The notes: a model not told the origin generated them from the sequence alone. A stretch of DNA of 64,000 nucleotides from Cladosporium halotolerans (GCF_011745625.1 NW_027191460.1:1-64000); one strand, 5' to 3'. Positions 1 through 11,109 are shown, numbered from the stretch's first letter. Program-made: numbers and translations.

Positions 1-1092
1 ATTCAATCTCTTCAAGGTGGACGTAGACTTTTAGACGTAAACAGAGTGTTGCCCTTTAGGTGCTTAGCGCCGGGCGGAATAAAGTTCATCATCATCATTA
101 ACTGAACCGATATTTTTTCGTAAGTGCTCCGAAGTTACACCAGGGCTTTCCACGAAAATTGAACAACAATAAGTTGTGAACGGCGACTGCTGACGCGCCT
201 CTTCTGTCTAGCAGATCTGTCCCATGTCATCGCGCGATGCATGGGGGCAACGGGGATGTGTATGGTGAGGCGCAAATCGAGTGGTCCAGATTCAGCAGTC
301 GAACCCTTTACTCGACGCTAGCTGATCCGATTCCTGCAGCATGATAAATCGCTCGTCTTGTCTCATAGATCGAGGTTCCGGATACTGCTGACCGGGGAAC
401 GGAAAGTGAACGCCCCATCGCGTGCCTGCATAGGGCGGCCGTCGCCAAGCTGGGGTTCCGCAAGCCGCCGCACCTGCCTGCGTCGCGAGCGGAGGGACTC
501 GCACATCACCTGCTGTGCCGCTGTAGCTCTACAGTAGACTCCCTTCCAAGATTGCCCATCCCGCCACAAGACTTTCTTAGACCATGCGCGGCATCGATCC
601 GAGATTGCCCTCGTGGCCATCTAAATCGCTCGCACAGAGCCACCTAGATCTACCTGCCCTGCCGGGCGCGACCGGAAATGCAGCGGTGTTACCTTGGTCC
701 GATCAATGCTGTGTGCGGCCAGATGAATGAACCTGTCGACACGATTGGAGGCATCTTCGCCTCCTGATCATCCATCAACCAAAACATGCTTCGTCAAGGG
801 CAAATCGAGCGACGCTACATACGACTAGGACTCTAGCCGATCTGCTCCTACGTATGCCCATGTGTGTGCCTTTGAGCTGTTCATATATCCGCAAGTAACG
901 ACGCTCTCACATACGGACCTGCCTGCACACTTCGTGTTGCAACATTCATCATATCATAATGCGTTGCATATCATAGCCAGCAGTTCCTGCTCGCTTACCT
1001 GGCTGTGCTATCCGCCACCGACCTTCCATTGCGCTCCCCCTCTCTTTATGGAGTTCGAAACGAGACCACGTCGTTGCAAATAGTGCATTGCC

Positions 1093-2650
1093 ATGCTGAC
1101 CAAACGAGCCCACCGCAAAACACGTAGCGGTTGCAGCACTTGCAAGGTTCGCCGTATCAAATGCGACGAACTCCGTCCTGTCTGGCGAGTCTTCGATCAT
1201 CCACGCGGCCGTTTTGCGCGGTGTGACATGGCTGATACCTCTGTATAGCACTCAATGCCGACGATTGGTCGCCAAACAAGGATCCATCCCCGAAGCATGC
1301 TCGTACATTACAACGGAGCCGAGCTCGGCTGCAGTGGAAACAGCTGAGCCGGCCGCTTTATGGACATTGCCCACATTATCCCCGTATTCACCAAACGAGA
1401 CGCGATCATCTTTCGTCATGGCTGAGTACGGATGGCCGACATCTTTGTCCGACGTGGAGAGGCGGCTGCTCCATCATGCTTGCACTGTCAGAGCCAATAT
1501 CAACGAATCGGCAGAGATTCAGATACGATGCCTCCATCTCTTCTCGAGGTGAGCGTCTTCTTCGTGACTTCATCAAGCGCCGGCCGAACATATTTCTAAC
1601 TCGTTCAGTTACATATTGATGGCTACACATTCGGACCATGTCCGCCACTCCGTCTGCGCCGTCGCTGCCGCACACCTATGCGCCCTGACACGCTCGTCCG
1701 ACATGCGCGGCGCAGAAATCCAAAGCCGAATTTTAGCGATCGGTGGTATGCGCGAGGAGCTCGATCGCAAGCGTACCACAAGGGAAGATTGTGACGAAGA
1801 CTCTTGCTTGTCTCTAACAGCATCGTCAACCCTGCTCACCTGGAATGCTCCTTCTGAGTAAGATCCACCCATTTGTACAGGAGCCCTGGCCATCAACAAA
1901 TACTCATCGCGCACTTCCAGGAGCGAGTTCGCCGCTCTCTTCAGGGGCATGCTCAGCGTAAGACTTCTCCATCCTTCTACTCGACCACTCAATCCCTCGC
2001 TCACAAACGCCACCTTCCAGATGAAAGCCAAGCTCCACTCCCTGAACTCAGCCACTACTACTCCCTCCAGCACCAACCCGTTTCACCCCCTCTCGCCCAT
2101 CCCGCCCCCCGCGACCCAACAACCCCTCCCCATCCCTCTCCCTCCCCCTTCCGCCACCAACGACCCCGCCGTCCCCACAGCCGTCACCCACTCCCTCACC
2201 ACCCTCGCCGCATGCCCCCTCGCCACCGACCTCCAAGCCGCCGCCCGCGACCTCCTCAACACAACCCTCAACGCCACCCGCTTCCTCGCCGGCCACCCCA
2301 CGCCGGACCCGCTGGCCCTCCTCTTCCCGCTCCGCTGCTGGAGCCGCACCCTCCCCCACGCGCCCGAGCTCGCCGCCGCCGGAGACCCGCTCACGCTCCT
2401 GTTCGTCGCCAACCACGAGCTCGTCGTCCTGGCGCTCTGCGCGCGCCTGGGCTTCGGCGCGGAGACCGCGGAGCTCGCGCAGGACGTCGCCGGCTTCGAG
2501 GGCCCGCTCAGCCAGCCTTTCCGCGGCGACTTTCGAGACGCGGGACGCGAGCGCGTGGAGCGCGCGCGCAGGGCGTGGCTCGACGCCTGGGCGCTCCTTG
2601 CGCGGGGCGCGGGGTTTGTCGATGCGCGCGAGGCGCCGTCGCCGGTCTGA
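1093..2650 (+). CDS. Zn(II)2Cys6 fungal transcription factor (5 exons)
   Basis: ATG 1093 gives MLTKRAHRKTRSGCSTCKVRRIKCDELRPV. A GC-AG intron 1185-1248 joins CTQCRRLVAKQGSIPEAC. Further introns 1549-1608, 1858-1920 and probably 1958-2020 link ORF pieces 1214.., 1616.. and 1949..2650 in frame. Confidence 0.8.
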
Positions 2651-4037
2651 GTGACTGAAGGCGCCTGGCCGCGAAGGAATGCGTAGCTTTCGAGCAGGAG
2701 CCTGAGGCTTTCCGCGTGCGCGTGCAAAGGACGCCGGGTGTCTTCCGGTATCCGTCGGAAAAGCGTGGGTGGCATCGGCGTGCTCTGCCTACACGGGGTC
2801 AGCAGCCCCGGCCACGCGCCGAAAACGCGCGCGCACCCGGGACCTACGAGCGACGACGACGACGAGCGGGAGTCTCGGCCTACCCACAGCCTTGCCGACC
2901 GATCGAAGCCCACCAGACAGCCCCAGCGAAGAACCCGCCCAAGCGCCCACCCTCTGGCCCCTGCCTCGCCGTCCGAGAGATTTCCTGGCGCGACCTATGC
3001 CATCCCTGTGCACTGGGCCACAGAACACTGGACGACCGCGGGAGGACTAGAGGAGGAGCCGATAGCCGCCGGAATTGGACGAAAAGGCAGACGACGACTG
3101 TGGTGTCGGGCGGTGAGGCGAGGTGAGGTCTGGGTCTGAGAGAGGCGAGAAAGGGGTTGGACGCTTGCTTGCTATGCAGGCGGAGAAGGCAGGGTCGTTG
3201 AAATCGAGAGAACCGTTACCGATTGGATGCTTTGTCGATTCGAGAGATGCTTCGCGAAAAAACCACCGGGAAACTTCGAAGACGAAAAGGACGAGGGGCA
3301 ATAGCAAGAAACGTAGTGGAAGGAAAATGCACTGCGGTGCGATGCGGTACAATACCGATGATCGATTGTATGATAGGAGGCAATGCAAGACAAATGGAAG
3401 CAACCACGGAATGTAATCTCGGAAAGAATGCTTTTCGATGCAGGCGCGGCGTGCTGTTCGATCTCGCTTCCCCAAGCGGTGGTGGTGCTGCATCTTGTCT
3501 TCCCTTTGACAGTCGTCTTCCCTCTTTGCTCGTATATCGACGATAAATCAACAGCAATCGTCAAAACGTAGCACCAAAGAAACCAAGGCAGCAAAGAATG
3601 TATGTCAAAAACGTATGTGTAATTTGTACAGATGTAGCAGAAATGCAAAAGAGACCGGGAAGACCGATCAAAGGAAAAAAAGTGTCATGTCAAGTCGTTC
3701 CGTGGCGGCGGCGGGCGGCGGCAGTCGATATGCCTGCCTCAGTCCCCACCACTTTCTCTATCCCTTTTCCTTTTATAACCCTTTCCCATTCCATTCCATT
3801 CCATATGTCCAACCGGATGGGGCGGTGGTAGATAACACAAAAAAAAAAGGGAAATGTCCTCGTCGTTTTTTTCCAAGAGAGGATGCGCGGGCGAGAAAGA
3901 ACGCCGGCGCGGTGTTGTATGTATAGTATGCTGATGCAGGAGACAAAAAAGAAAGATTGTAAATAAACCCTCCCGAGATGGAAAAGAACTCCAGATGCTA
4001 AGAACGCGACACGACGACCAAACCAGATACTGGCTTC

Positions 4038-5477
4038 TTACAGGGCGAGAACAGCCACGCCCACGGCCCCGATCAGCGCAGCGCTGTACCCCGACGTCGC
4101 CGTCGGCGCCGCGTACGCCTCGGACGTGATGCTCACGCTCTCCGGCCCGCCGCCGTTGACGTGGCCGCCGGGCCGCACGTTGATGGACGAGACGGCGTCC
4201 GGGACCACGGTCGCGCTGGGGATCGGGTTGGAGCCGTTGGTGATCTCGAGGATGTTGTCGGTGCCCGTGGCGTTGAAGTTGGTGGGCGCGAGCGAGATCT
4301 CGTTGTGCTGCAGGTCGTAGACGACGTAGGCGGAGCGCAGGAAGGTGTCGCCGAGGACGGGCGTGGAGCCTTCCGCGGGCGCGATGCCGAGGATGCAGAC
4401 GGGCTCGCCGCGGTCGACGCCGGCGACGATGACGAGCTCGTCGAGGGTCACGCTGATCGTCGGGCCGGAGAAGGTGAAGTCGATGGTGCCGGAGCCGTAG
4501 CGGAGGCCGCAGTCGACGAAGGCGGCGCCTTGGTCTTGCTGGTAGTCGGCATTGACGGAGTCAAAGATGGTGTAGGCGATGTCGTCGGGGAGGTACATCA
4601 GGCTGCTGCCGGAGTCGAGGAGCACGGGGACGGCGATGTTCTGGGCAATGTTGTCTTTTTCGCCATTGGCACCGACAGAGGTCAGGGCGATGATGAACTC
4701 GGCGTAGGTGCCTTGCTCGGCGATGATGGGGAGGGTTTGGAGCTCCCCGTGGAACTTGGCGGTGTTTATGCCGCCGAAGAGGATGGAGCCGGTGGAGGCA
4801 GAGAGGTCGTTCAGCCACAGACTGTAAGCGTTGACGCCGATGACGCCTTCTTGGACGAGGTGCCAGGGGACGTTCGGGTAGGGGTTGCCACCGTTGTAGG
4901 CGACCGCAACCTCGTTGATAGGGTAGCCGATACCGAGGATGCCTTCTGTTGAACTCGACACATAGCCGACGCCAAACTGCTGCCCCTCCAGATCGATTCC
5001 TCCAAAGCTGAGCGTGTCCGAGACGTAGTCGCCTGTTGATCCCGAGCCGTCGACGTAGCTGATATTGAACTCGCTGTTGATGTACTCATATGTCGACGAT
5101 GAGTTGGCGTCGTATGTTCCGGATAGACTGCAAGGATCTGTGCTCTCGCCGCAAAGTCGGCTGTTGTCGACGTTCACCCAAAGATCACTGCTGCCAGTAT
5201 CCAGATGCAATTTCATGGGCTGGCTCGGCGTGCCAATGCTGACGTTCATGAAATACAGCGTCTCCTCATTGTCCAACGACACCTGCACAGTCTCGCCCGA
5301 CTGTCTTTTACGGAGGCGATTGCGGTCCCGGGTAATGGGATTCGAGACGCTGTTACGCTGGATCTCATGCTGGACGACGCGAGGCGGCGCGGCATCCCGG
5401 GGCTGTTTCAGATTGATGGCGTCGGCGCCAAGAAAGCCAGATGCGGCTGCAGCGAGAGTCGGTATCGAGGGTCGCAT
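4038..5477 (-). CDS. Secreted, probably GPI-anchored A1 aspartic protease (yapsin/OpsB-like), ~479 aa
   Basis: Signal peptide MRPSIPTLAAAASGFLGADA, LRKR propeptide site, catalytic DTGS and DSGS motifs, VLGDTFLRSAYVVYDL, hydrophobic C-terminus. Confidence 0.93.
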   Translation of the reverse strand: MRPSIPTLAAAASGFLGADAINLKQPRDAAPPRVVQHEIQRNSVSNPITRDRNRLRKRQSGETVQVSLDNEETLYFMNVSIGTPSQPMKLHLDTGSSDLWVNVDNSRLCGESTDPCSLSGTYDANSSSTYEYINSEFNISYVDGSGSTGDYVSDTLSFGGIDLEGQQFGVGYVSSSTEGILGIGYPINEVAVAYNGGNPYPNVPWHLVQEGVIGVNAYSLWLNDLSASTGSILFGGINTAKFHGELQTLPIIAEQGTYAEFIIALTSVGANGEKDNIAQNIAVPVLLDSGSSLMYLPDDIAYTIFDSVNADYQQDQGAAFVDCGLRYGSGTIDFTFSGPTISVTLDELVIVAGVDRGEPVCILGIAPAEGSTPVLGDTFLRSAYVVYDLQHNEISLAPTNFNATGTDNILEITNGSNPIPSATVVPDAVSSINVRPGGHVNGGGPESVSITSEAYAAPTATSGYSAALIGAVGVAVLAL

Positions 5478-6180
5478 GGTGATGTGGTGTGAGGGATGGC
5501 TGCAGGGCAGGCAGAACAAACAAACGATAGCAATACAAGCGAAAGCAAGACGGATGGACAGGGCCGATATTATTTCCCTGGCGCGGAAGGCTGGCGGGTA
5601 GGAATGACGAGGGCGATGAGGTATGCGCGGCGGCTTGGAGGGAGGGACCAGCCGGTGGCGTAGCGCCCGCTGTCTTAAACGGGCGACGGGCGAGGCTGGC
5701 GGACGAGTCTCGCGGGCTGAGATGACGACGGACGCGTGGTGATGGATGGTGGCGACGGTATTTACAAATGGGAGATGAAGAAAATGATGGCAGACACGAG
5801 AGTGAAGAAGACGATGGGAACGGGGATGGGCGTGAGCAAACGGCGCGCGGCCGACCCAAGAAACGGGCTCGACGAGCTGCAGGCGCAAAGGCTGATGCTG
5901 CCGGGGCTGGCTGCGTGTGGTGCGTGTTACGACGCTCATGATGGGGCAGGCACGATCAAGGCTCAAGGCTTACGCGCACATCCATCCGTGCCTTCCAGCC
6001 CAGCCCCGGCCGCGCCTCCACCCGCGTTCGCCGCAGCTGGCTCCATCCAGCCAACGAGCCGCTTTGTACGAGACTCACCAGCCCTGCGCCCGTTGCCGCC
6101 AGCAAGCCACTGCAAGGTGCTGCATGCCACTGCAAGGCTGTCCGTCGAGTCTCTACACACTCTCTCCCCGCCGATCCATC

Positions 6181-6269
6181 TCCTCTCCCTGCGCTACGAC
6201 AATCCCACTCCTCTCCCTGCGCTACGACAATCCCACTCCTCTCCCTGCGCTACGATAATCCCACTCCTC
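6181..6269. repeat. 28-bp tandem repeat, 3 copies plus a partial copy (TCCTCTCCCTGCGCTACGACAATCCCAC)
   Basis: Copies at 6181-6208, 6209-6236 and 6237-6264 (one C>T change in the third copy). Confidence 0.95.
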
Positions 6270-7240
6270 CGTGCCTCCCTGCTCCTCCACGTGCTGCTCG
6301 CCGCCGGGTCAAAACAGGCGTCGCTCGCCATCTCTCGCGTAGATCTCACAGCCGCCGCGTCTCCGGGTGCGAGAGCGCCGTCCACCGTGGGCGCCATGCA
6401 CGCCGCTGCCGCCTGACCCTTAAGCTCCCGCCAGTCGCCGTCCAGCACGCGCGTGTCCCGGGAGAGACGTATGTACAATGTGCGCGTCAGCCCGGAGTCG
6501 CGCAACAGTCTGCCCACCCTCCGCTGTCAAATGCACTGCAACTGCACAGCCTTGCCATCTCTTCCGGTCTGCAGCTGCTGAAAAGTCCGACTGTGCGTCG
6601 TGGACTTGCGCGTGCTGATCCGTCTCGGCACCGTCTGCCCTGCCCTGCCCTGCCCTGCCTGCCGTTTAGCCAGCCATTTCGAGTCCTCGGCTTCGACTTC
6701 CGAGGGCGGCACTGCTCTTCACGCCCCGAGGAGGGAATTTGCCCTCGTATCAAGCCTTCTCTCAGGGAGCGAAACGTTCTGCAGTAAATTCGCACCCTCG
6801 CGGCGTCATCGGCTTTCATCATACCCACAGACTTCTAGACCGCGACGAAGGATACCCACCTCGCGCCGCGGCAGCAGCACCTCCTAGCGCTGAAGTCATC
6901 CATCCGTCCAACGCTGTACTCTGCACCGCGCTGCACCGCACAGCACCGCAGGATCGCCAACAACTCTCCTCTCCTCGGCGACGGCTCTCCACCTCTTGCA
7001 GTGTATGTACGTTACGTTGGCACTGAGCTCCCACCACAGCTGTCACAGCCAAGTGCCAACCCGTCGTCGAGAGTCATGCGCCCCGCGCCTGCGCATCTCC
7101 CGCAAGACACAGCCAAGGAACACATCACCACCTGCCCAGGCGTGCGTGCCGCTGACGAGAAGACATGTGAAGCCCGCGCGGCCGGATATCAAGCCCGTCG
7201 CGGCGCTCGCTAGCGGGCGTGGCATCGAATCTAGGTAACG

Positions 7241-7975
7241 TAGTTGAGATCATATACGTTGCGGCGTTCGGTACCGTGGTATGCCTTCTCGCCTGTTGAA
7301 TTGCCGGCCGGCAATTCGCATCCTTTCCCTCCTTTGGGGCTGGAGTGCGATATCGTGAATAGATTGACAAGATGGCTGAGGCTGTGAGAATGCAAGAAGA
7401 AAAAGGAACCAAGATCTGCACGCATATGTATGTATATGCAGGCGGCTATTGGATTTCCATTAGCAATTCCCCGATCCCGGGAAGAGGCTGCATGTAGCTC
7501 GTCCGGAACCGGTCGCTGCATGCTCTTCTCTTCTCTTCCCTTCGCAGCGCGCCAGCCAGCCGTCTGGGTTCCCTCTTTGGCGGATGCGCGACTGGAATCG
7601 CGTGCTACTGTATATCTGCGTGTAACGGTAGCTCTGTCGCCGCCGAGGTAAGCCCCCCGGCTCCCTTGGATTATACATATCGTGGTTATTTTGCGCATAC
7701 GCATTAGCAAAGCGAGCAGACACGTCTCGCAGTCTGCAACGACAAGCAGCGTGTCGTTCACGGAATACGGTACTGCGGATACCCGGCGTTGCGCGAACGC
7801 CGGGCAATTGCTTTCCCACCACGCGCGTAAGCCTCCACAGTAGGTATGTGAGGTTGTTGACCGAGTGCTACGCATTCGAGAATACCACGCGCTTCTCGCC
7901 GAATGACTCTTCGATCCAAACATTGCAGACGACCTGGTCGGACCGGGAAGTCCAGTAAGACGCACGGCTATCGAA
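7241..7975 (+). ncRNA. Candidate large structured non-coding RNA, copy A (family unknown)
   Basis: Colinear conserved blocks shared with 8186-8795 and multiple helices with compensatory/G-U variation. No reading frame is conserved between the copies. Ends are approximate. Confidence 0.55.
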
Positions 7976-8185
7976 TGTCTAACCCCGGCTGGCATACTAA
8001 CTTGTGGTGGACAGGACGACTAGGCACTTGAAATATAGCTCTCGATATGTCTTTAGAGCGATTCGACTAGCGACGATTGAACTGCTGATCGATGCCGAGG
8101 TACTGTTTTTTTATCAGTACTTTGCTGAATGTCTGAAACTTGTTATCGAGGCCGCCGCGAACGCACCAGCCGCCGCGGTCAATGC

Positions 8186-8795
8186 TAGTTGGAGATAAGA
8201 TATGGGGGCAGCTTCTTTCGACTTGCCGGCCGGCAATTTATATCCTTCTCCCTCGTGGCGGGAATGCGATATCGTGTATAGATTAAACAGACGGCTGAGG
8301 CTGCGAGAGCCTTGCCAAATATAGAGAAAAAGCAGATCTGCATGCATGCATGCACGCACGCGTGCGGCTGTTGCATGCAATGCAGCAATTTCCCGATCCT
8401 CGGTGGGAACTCTGCAGCGCGTCCGGAACGGTAGTGTGTTGGAACGCTGCTGCATGTTGTGTTGTTATCAATGCAGCGAGCGAGCCGTCTGGATTTCCTC
8501 TTTGGAGGGATGCGCGACTCAAGCATGCATGCTACATGTGCATATAACCGTAGCTCTGTCGGACAGGCTTGCGAGCCAAGATAAGCTCACAGGCTCACTT
8601 GCGTGATATCGTGGTTATAGTGCGCATATGCGAGCATCGTTCGCGTAAACACCCGGCGTTGCGCAAACGACGGTCAATTGCTCCCAACCCATGCAAAGCT
8701 CAAGTCTTCACTGGTAGCCAATCCCAAACCCGGGAGAGTACCACACGCTCGCCGGACAGTATGCTGATGAAGTCCGGCCTTGCACACACATCGGG
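8186..8795 (+). ncRNA. Candidate large structured non-coding RNA, copy B (family unknown)
   Basis: Diverged tandem paralog of 7241-7975 with the same block order and helices. Ends are approximate. Confidence 0.55.
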
Positions 8796-8916
8796 CACTT
8801 TATTGCCACCTGAAGCTCGAGGCGGGCCCGGTAGCCAATCCCAAGCTCTCGAAGACCACACCCACCACGCCCCGAGCACCACACTCTGCCCAAACGCATA
8901 GCAGAATCGAATACCC

Positions 8917-9837
8917 TCAACCCACCTCTCCCTTCACCCGGAATCTCGCCCCCTCCACCTCCAACCCCCACCCCTCCCAATCCGCCTCCCTCCTGATCTC
9001 CCACTCCCACTCCCTCCCCTCCAACCCCTCCACCCGCCGCTCGGGATCTTCGACCACAGCCCTCACCCTCCCAACCCTGCCCTCCAAAATCCTCCCCTCC
9101 ACCAATCCCTCACACCCCCGCACCACCTCCCTCACAGCCGGCCCAAACGCCCTGGGCGTATAAATATCGAAATTCCTCAACACCAGCGCCAGCGTGCCGA
9201 CGGCCCACTCCGGCTCTGCTGCCGGTCCTGGGGCTGAGGTTGCAAAACCCGGCCCGGCGCAAAAGAGCTGCCCAAGCAAAGTGAGCAGGACTCTGAACGC
9301 CGTGCCGTGCGGGCCGAAGGCTTCGGGCGTGAAGACGCGGACGTCGACCGTTACATCCAGCCTCGTGTGCCGCGAGGGCAGGACAGGCAGGGAGGTCCAG
9401 AGCGGGTAGAGCGTGTAGCTGTTGGCCATGAGGTCCAGCGAGGCCGGGAGGGAGGCGTGCGGGGCGTTGCGGTGGGAGGCGAGGGAGAGGACGTCGGCGC
9501 GCGTTGTGCGGGAGGTGCGCAGGAGGGCGTGGAGGGGTGAAGGGGGGAGGGTGAGGGGGTAGGCGATGTCTTTGAGGGGGTCGTTGGAGGGCGAGAGGCG
9601 GTAGATGCGTGGGCCGGCGAAGGGAGGGCTGGGCGGGGCGGGGCGGTGGGGTGAAAGGAAGTGGGTGTAGATTTGGTCGCGGAGTTCGCGGGGGAGGCGG
9701 AGGAAGGGGGAGTTGGCGTTGTGGTTGGTTGCGGCTGAGGTCTGGGAGTCTGGTGGGGAGAAGTCGACGAGGTCTTCGCGACGCGGCCACTTGAGGTTAC
9801 TGGTGCTTGGGAGTGAGTCGAGGAATCGCGTGGACAT
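8917..9837 (-). CDS. Hypothetical protein with F-box-like/2EXR-like N-terminal motif, 306 aa
   Basis: Single ORF containing SPFLRLPRELRDQIYTHFL. Confidence 0.75.
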   Translation of the reverse strand: MSTRFLDSLPSTSNLKWPRREDLVDFSPPDSQTSAATNHNANSPFLRLPRELRDQIYTHFLSPHRPAPPSPPFAGPRIYRLSPSNDPLKDIAYPLTLPPSPLHALLRTSRTTRADVLSLASHRNAPHASLPASLDLMANSYTLYPLWTSLPVLPSRHTRLDVTVDVRVFTPEAFGPHGTAFRVLLTLLGQLFCAGPGFATSAPGPAAEPEWAVGTLALVLRNFDIYTPRAFGPAVREVVRGCEGLVEGRILEGRVGRVRAVVEDPERRVEGLEGREWEWEIRREADWEGWGLEVEGARFRVKGEVG

Positions 9838-10345
9838 GTTGAGTGATGGCTTCGATGGAATGATCTTGTGACTGAATCGTTTGGACCGGCTATTGAAGAG
9901 TTCGTGCTATTCCTGGGTCCTGCGTAGAGCCAGAGAGGTGAGAACGATTCCTTGGAGGTGGATCAACGTCTAGAATCCAGTTCTCGTTGGCTTCATTCTT
10001 GGAAAAAAAAAGGAAACGTGACGCGTTGTATGCCGAGGTACCAAGAAGTCAGATGTCAGCTTTCGCGGAGATTCCTTTGGGCGCAATGCTGTGAATCAGC
10101 GGCAGTCAAAGGTGTAGGTAGGTCAGCCAGACATTGATGTATCTCAAGCGAGCGCACAGCTCAGTTAATGGTCCATTTCACAGCCCGCAGCTAGCTCCGG
10201 CACCGGCCCATCCAATCATTGAGCTGCGCCACCAGACCCCGAACGTAACCTCAAGCTACGTCTGTACAACCACCAATCTACCAGGTCGACAAGAACACCT
10301 CGAACAACCAAGCCAGACCACCGCCAACCCGGCACCTCTCTCAAG

Positions 10346-11109
10346 ATGCATCTCGCATCCCTCCTCTCCTTCCTCGGTGCCGCTGCCCTTGCCTCCGCCG
10401 CGAAACTCACCATTACCATCCCACCCACCCCACCAGTCCTCCCGAACCCAGCCTCGCTTCCCCCCTCAACGCACGCAATCCTCATCGGCGCCCCCGGCAC
10501 AAAATACTCCGCCCCGCTCCGCCGCGACAACACTCTCGTCTTCGACTCCCTCCCTGAAGCCAGCTACCTGCTCCAAATCCACGCCCGCGACCACTTCTTC
10601 CCGCCGTACCGCGTCGATGTCTCCGCCGACGCCACCGCACAGACCGTGAACGTCTGGCAGACCTTCCGCGGCAACGAATGGAGCAACAAGGGCCCGCATC
10701 TGGGTTCTGGGGCCGGGCAGGTGACGGTGGAGGCGCGGCCGGCGGCGCGCAAGGATTTCTACCAGCCGCGTGGAGGGTTTAGCGTGATGAGCATATTTAA
10801 GAACCCGATGATTTTGATGGGCTTGGTTTCGGTTGTAATGATCTTTGGCATGCCGAAGCTTATGGAGAACAGTGAGTATTTCGGGAAGCGCAAGAGCCTA
10901 TGTCTTTGTGCCGTATGGTGTCAAGATCTTGTTGCTAATAATACATTGCAGTGGACGACGAGACGAAGAAGGACTTCGAGGAGATGCAGCAGAACACGTT
11001 TGGAGGTAAAGAGGGCCCAGCGAGCCAGATGCAGAACTTCGATCTTGCGGGCTTCTTGTCTGGGAAGCCTAGCGCGGCGGGCAATGCTGGGTCGGCGAAG
11101 AAGAAGTAA
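10346..11109 (+). CDS. EMC7: ER membrane complex subunit 7-like (DUF2012)
   Basis: Signal peptide, beta-sandwich region, FKNPMILMGLVSVVMIFGMPKLMEN TM segment. Intron 10872-10951 (GTGAGT..GCTAAT..CAG) gives MDDETKKDFEEMQ..NFDLAGFLSG..KKK stop. Confidence 0.85.

Noticed and set aside
2716..3926. Several 90-160 aa ORFs between the TF and the protease
   Set aside because: No motifs or splice-supported model; the composition fits UTR/terminator sequence.
6181..6269. 28-bp repeats of CRISPR-like length
   Set aside because: Head-to-tail with no spacers, no cas genes, eukaryotic context.
7306..7350. GGCCGGC start and TCCCTCGT loop (copy B) resembling an HDV-like ribozyme
   Set aside because: No downstream P1' strand or nested double-pseudoknot order could be built.
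7231..8526. Minus-strand ORFs 7231..7995 and 8114..8455 share peptide similarity (NLFTISHS/NLYTISHS, LPAG)
   Set aside because: The similarity follows from the DNA duplication. Other shared blocks fall in different frames in the two copies, so no reading frame is conserved.
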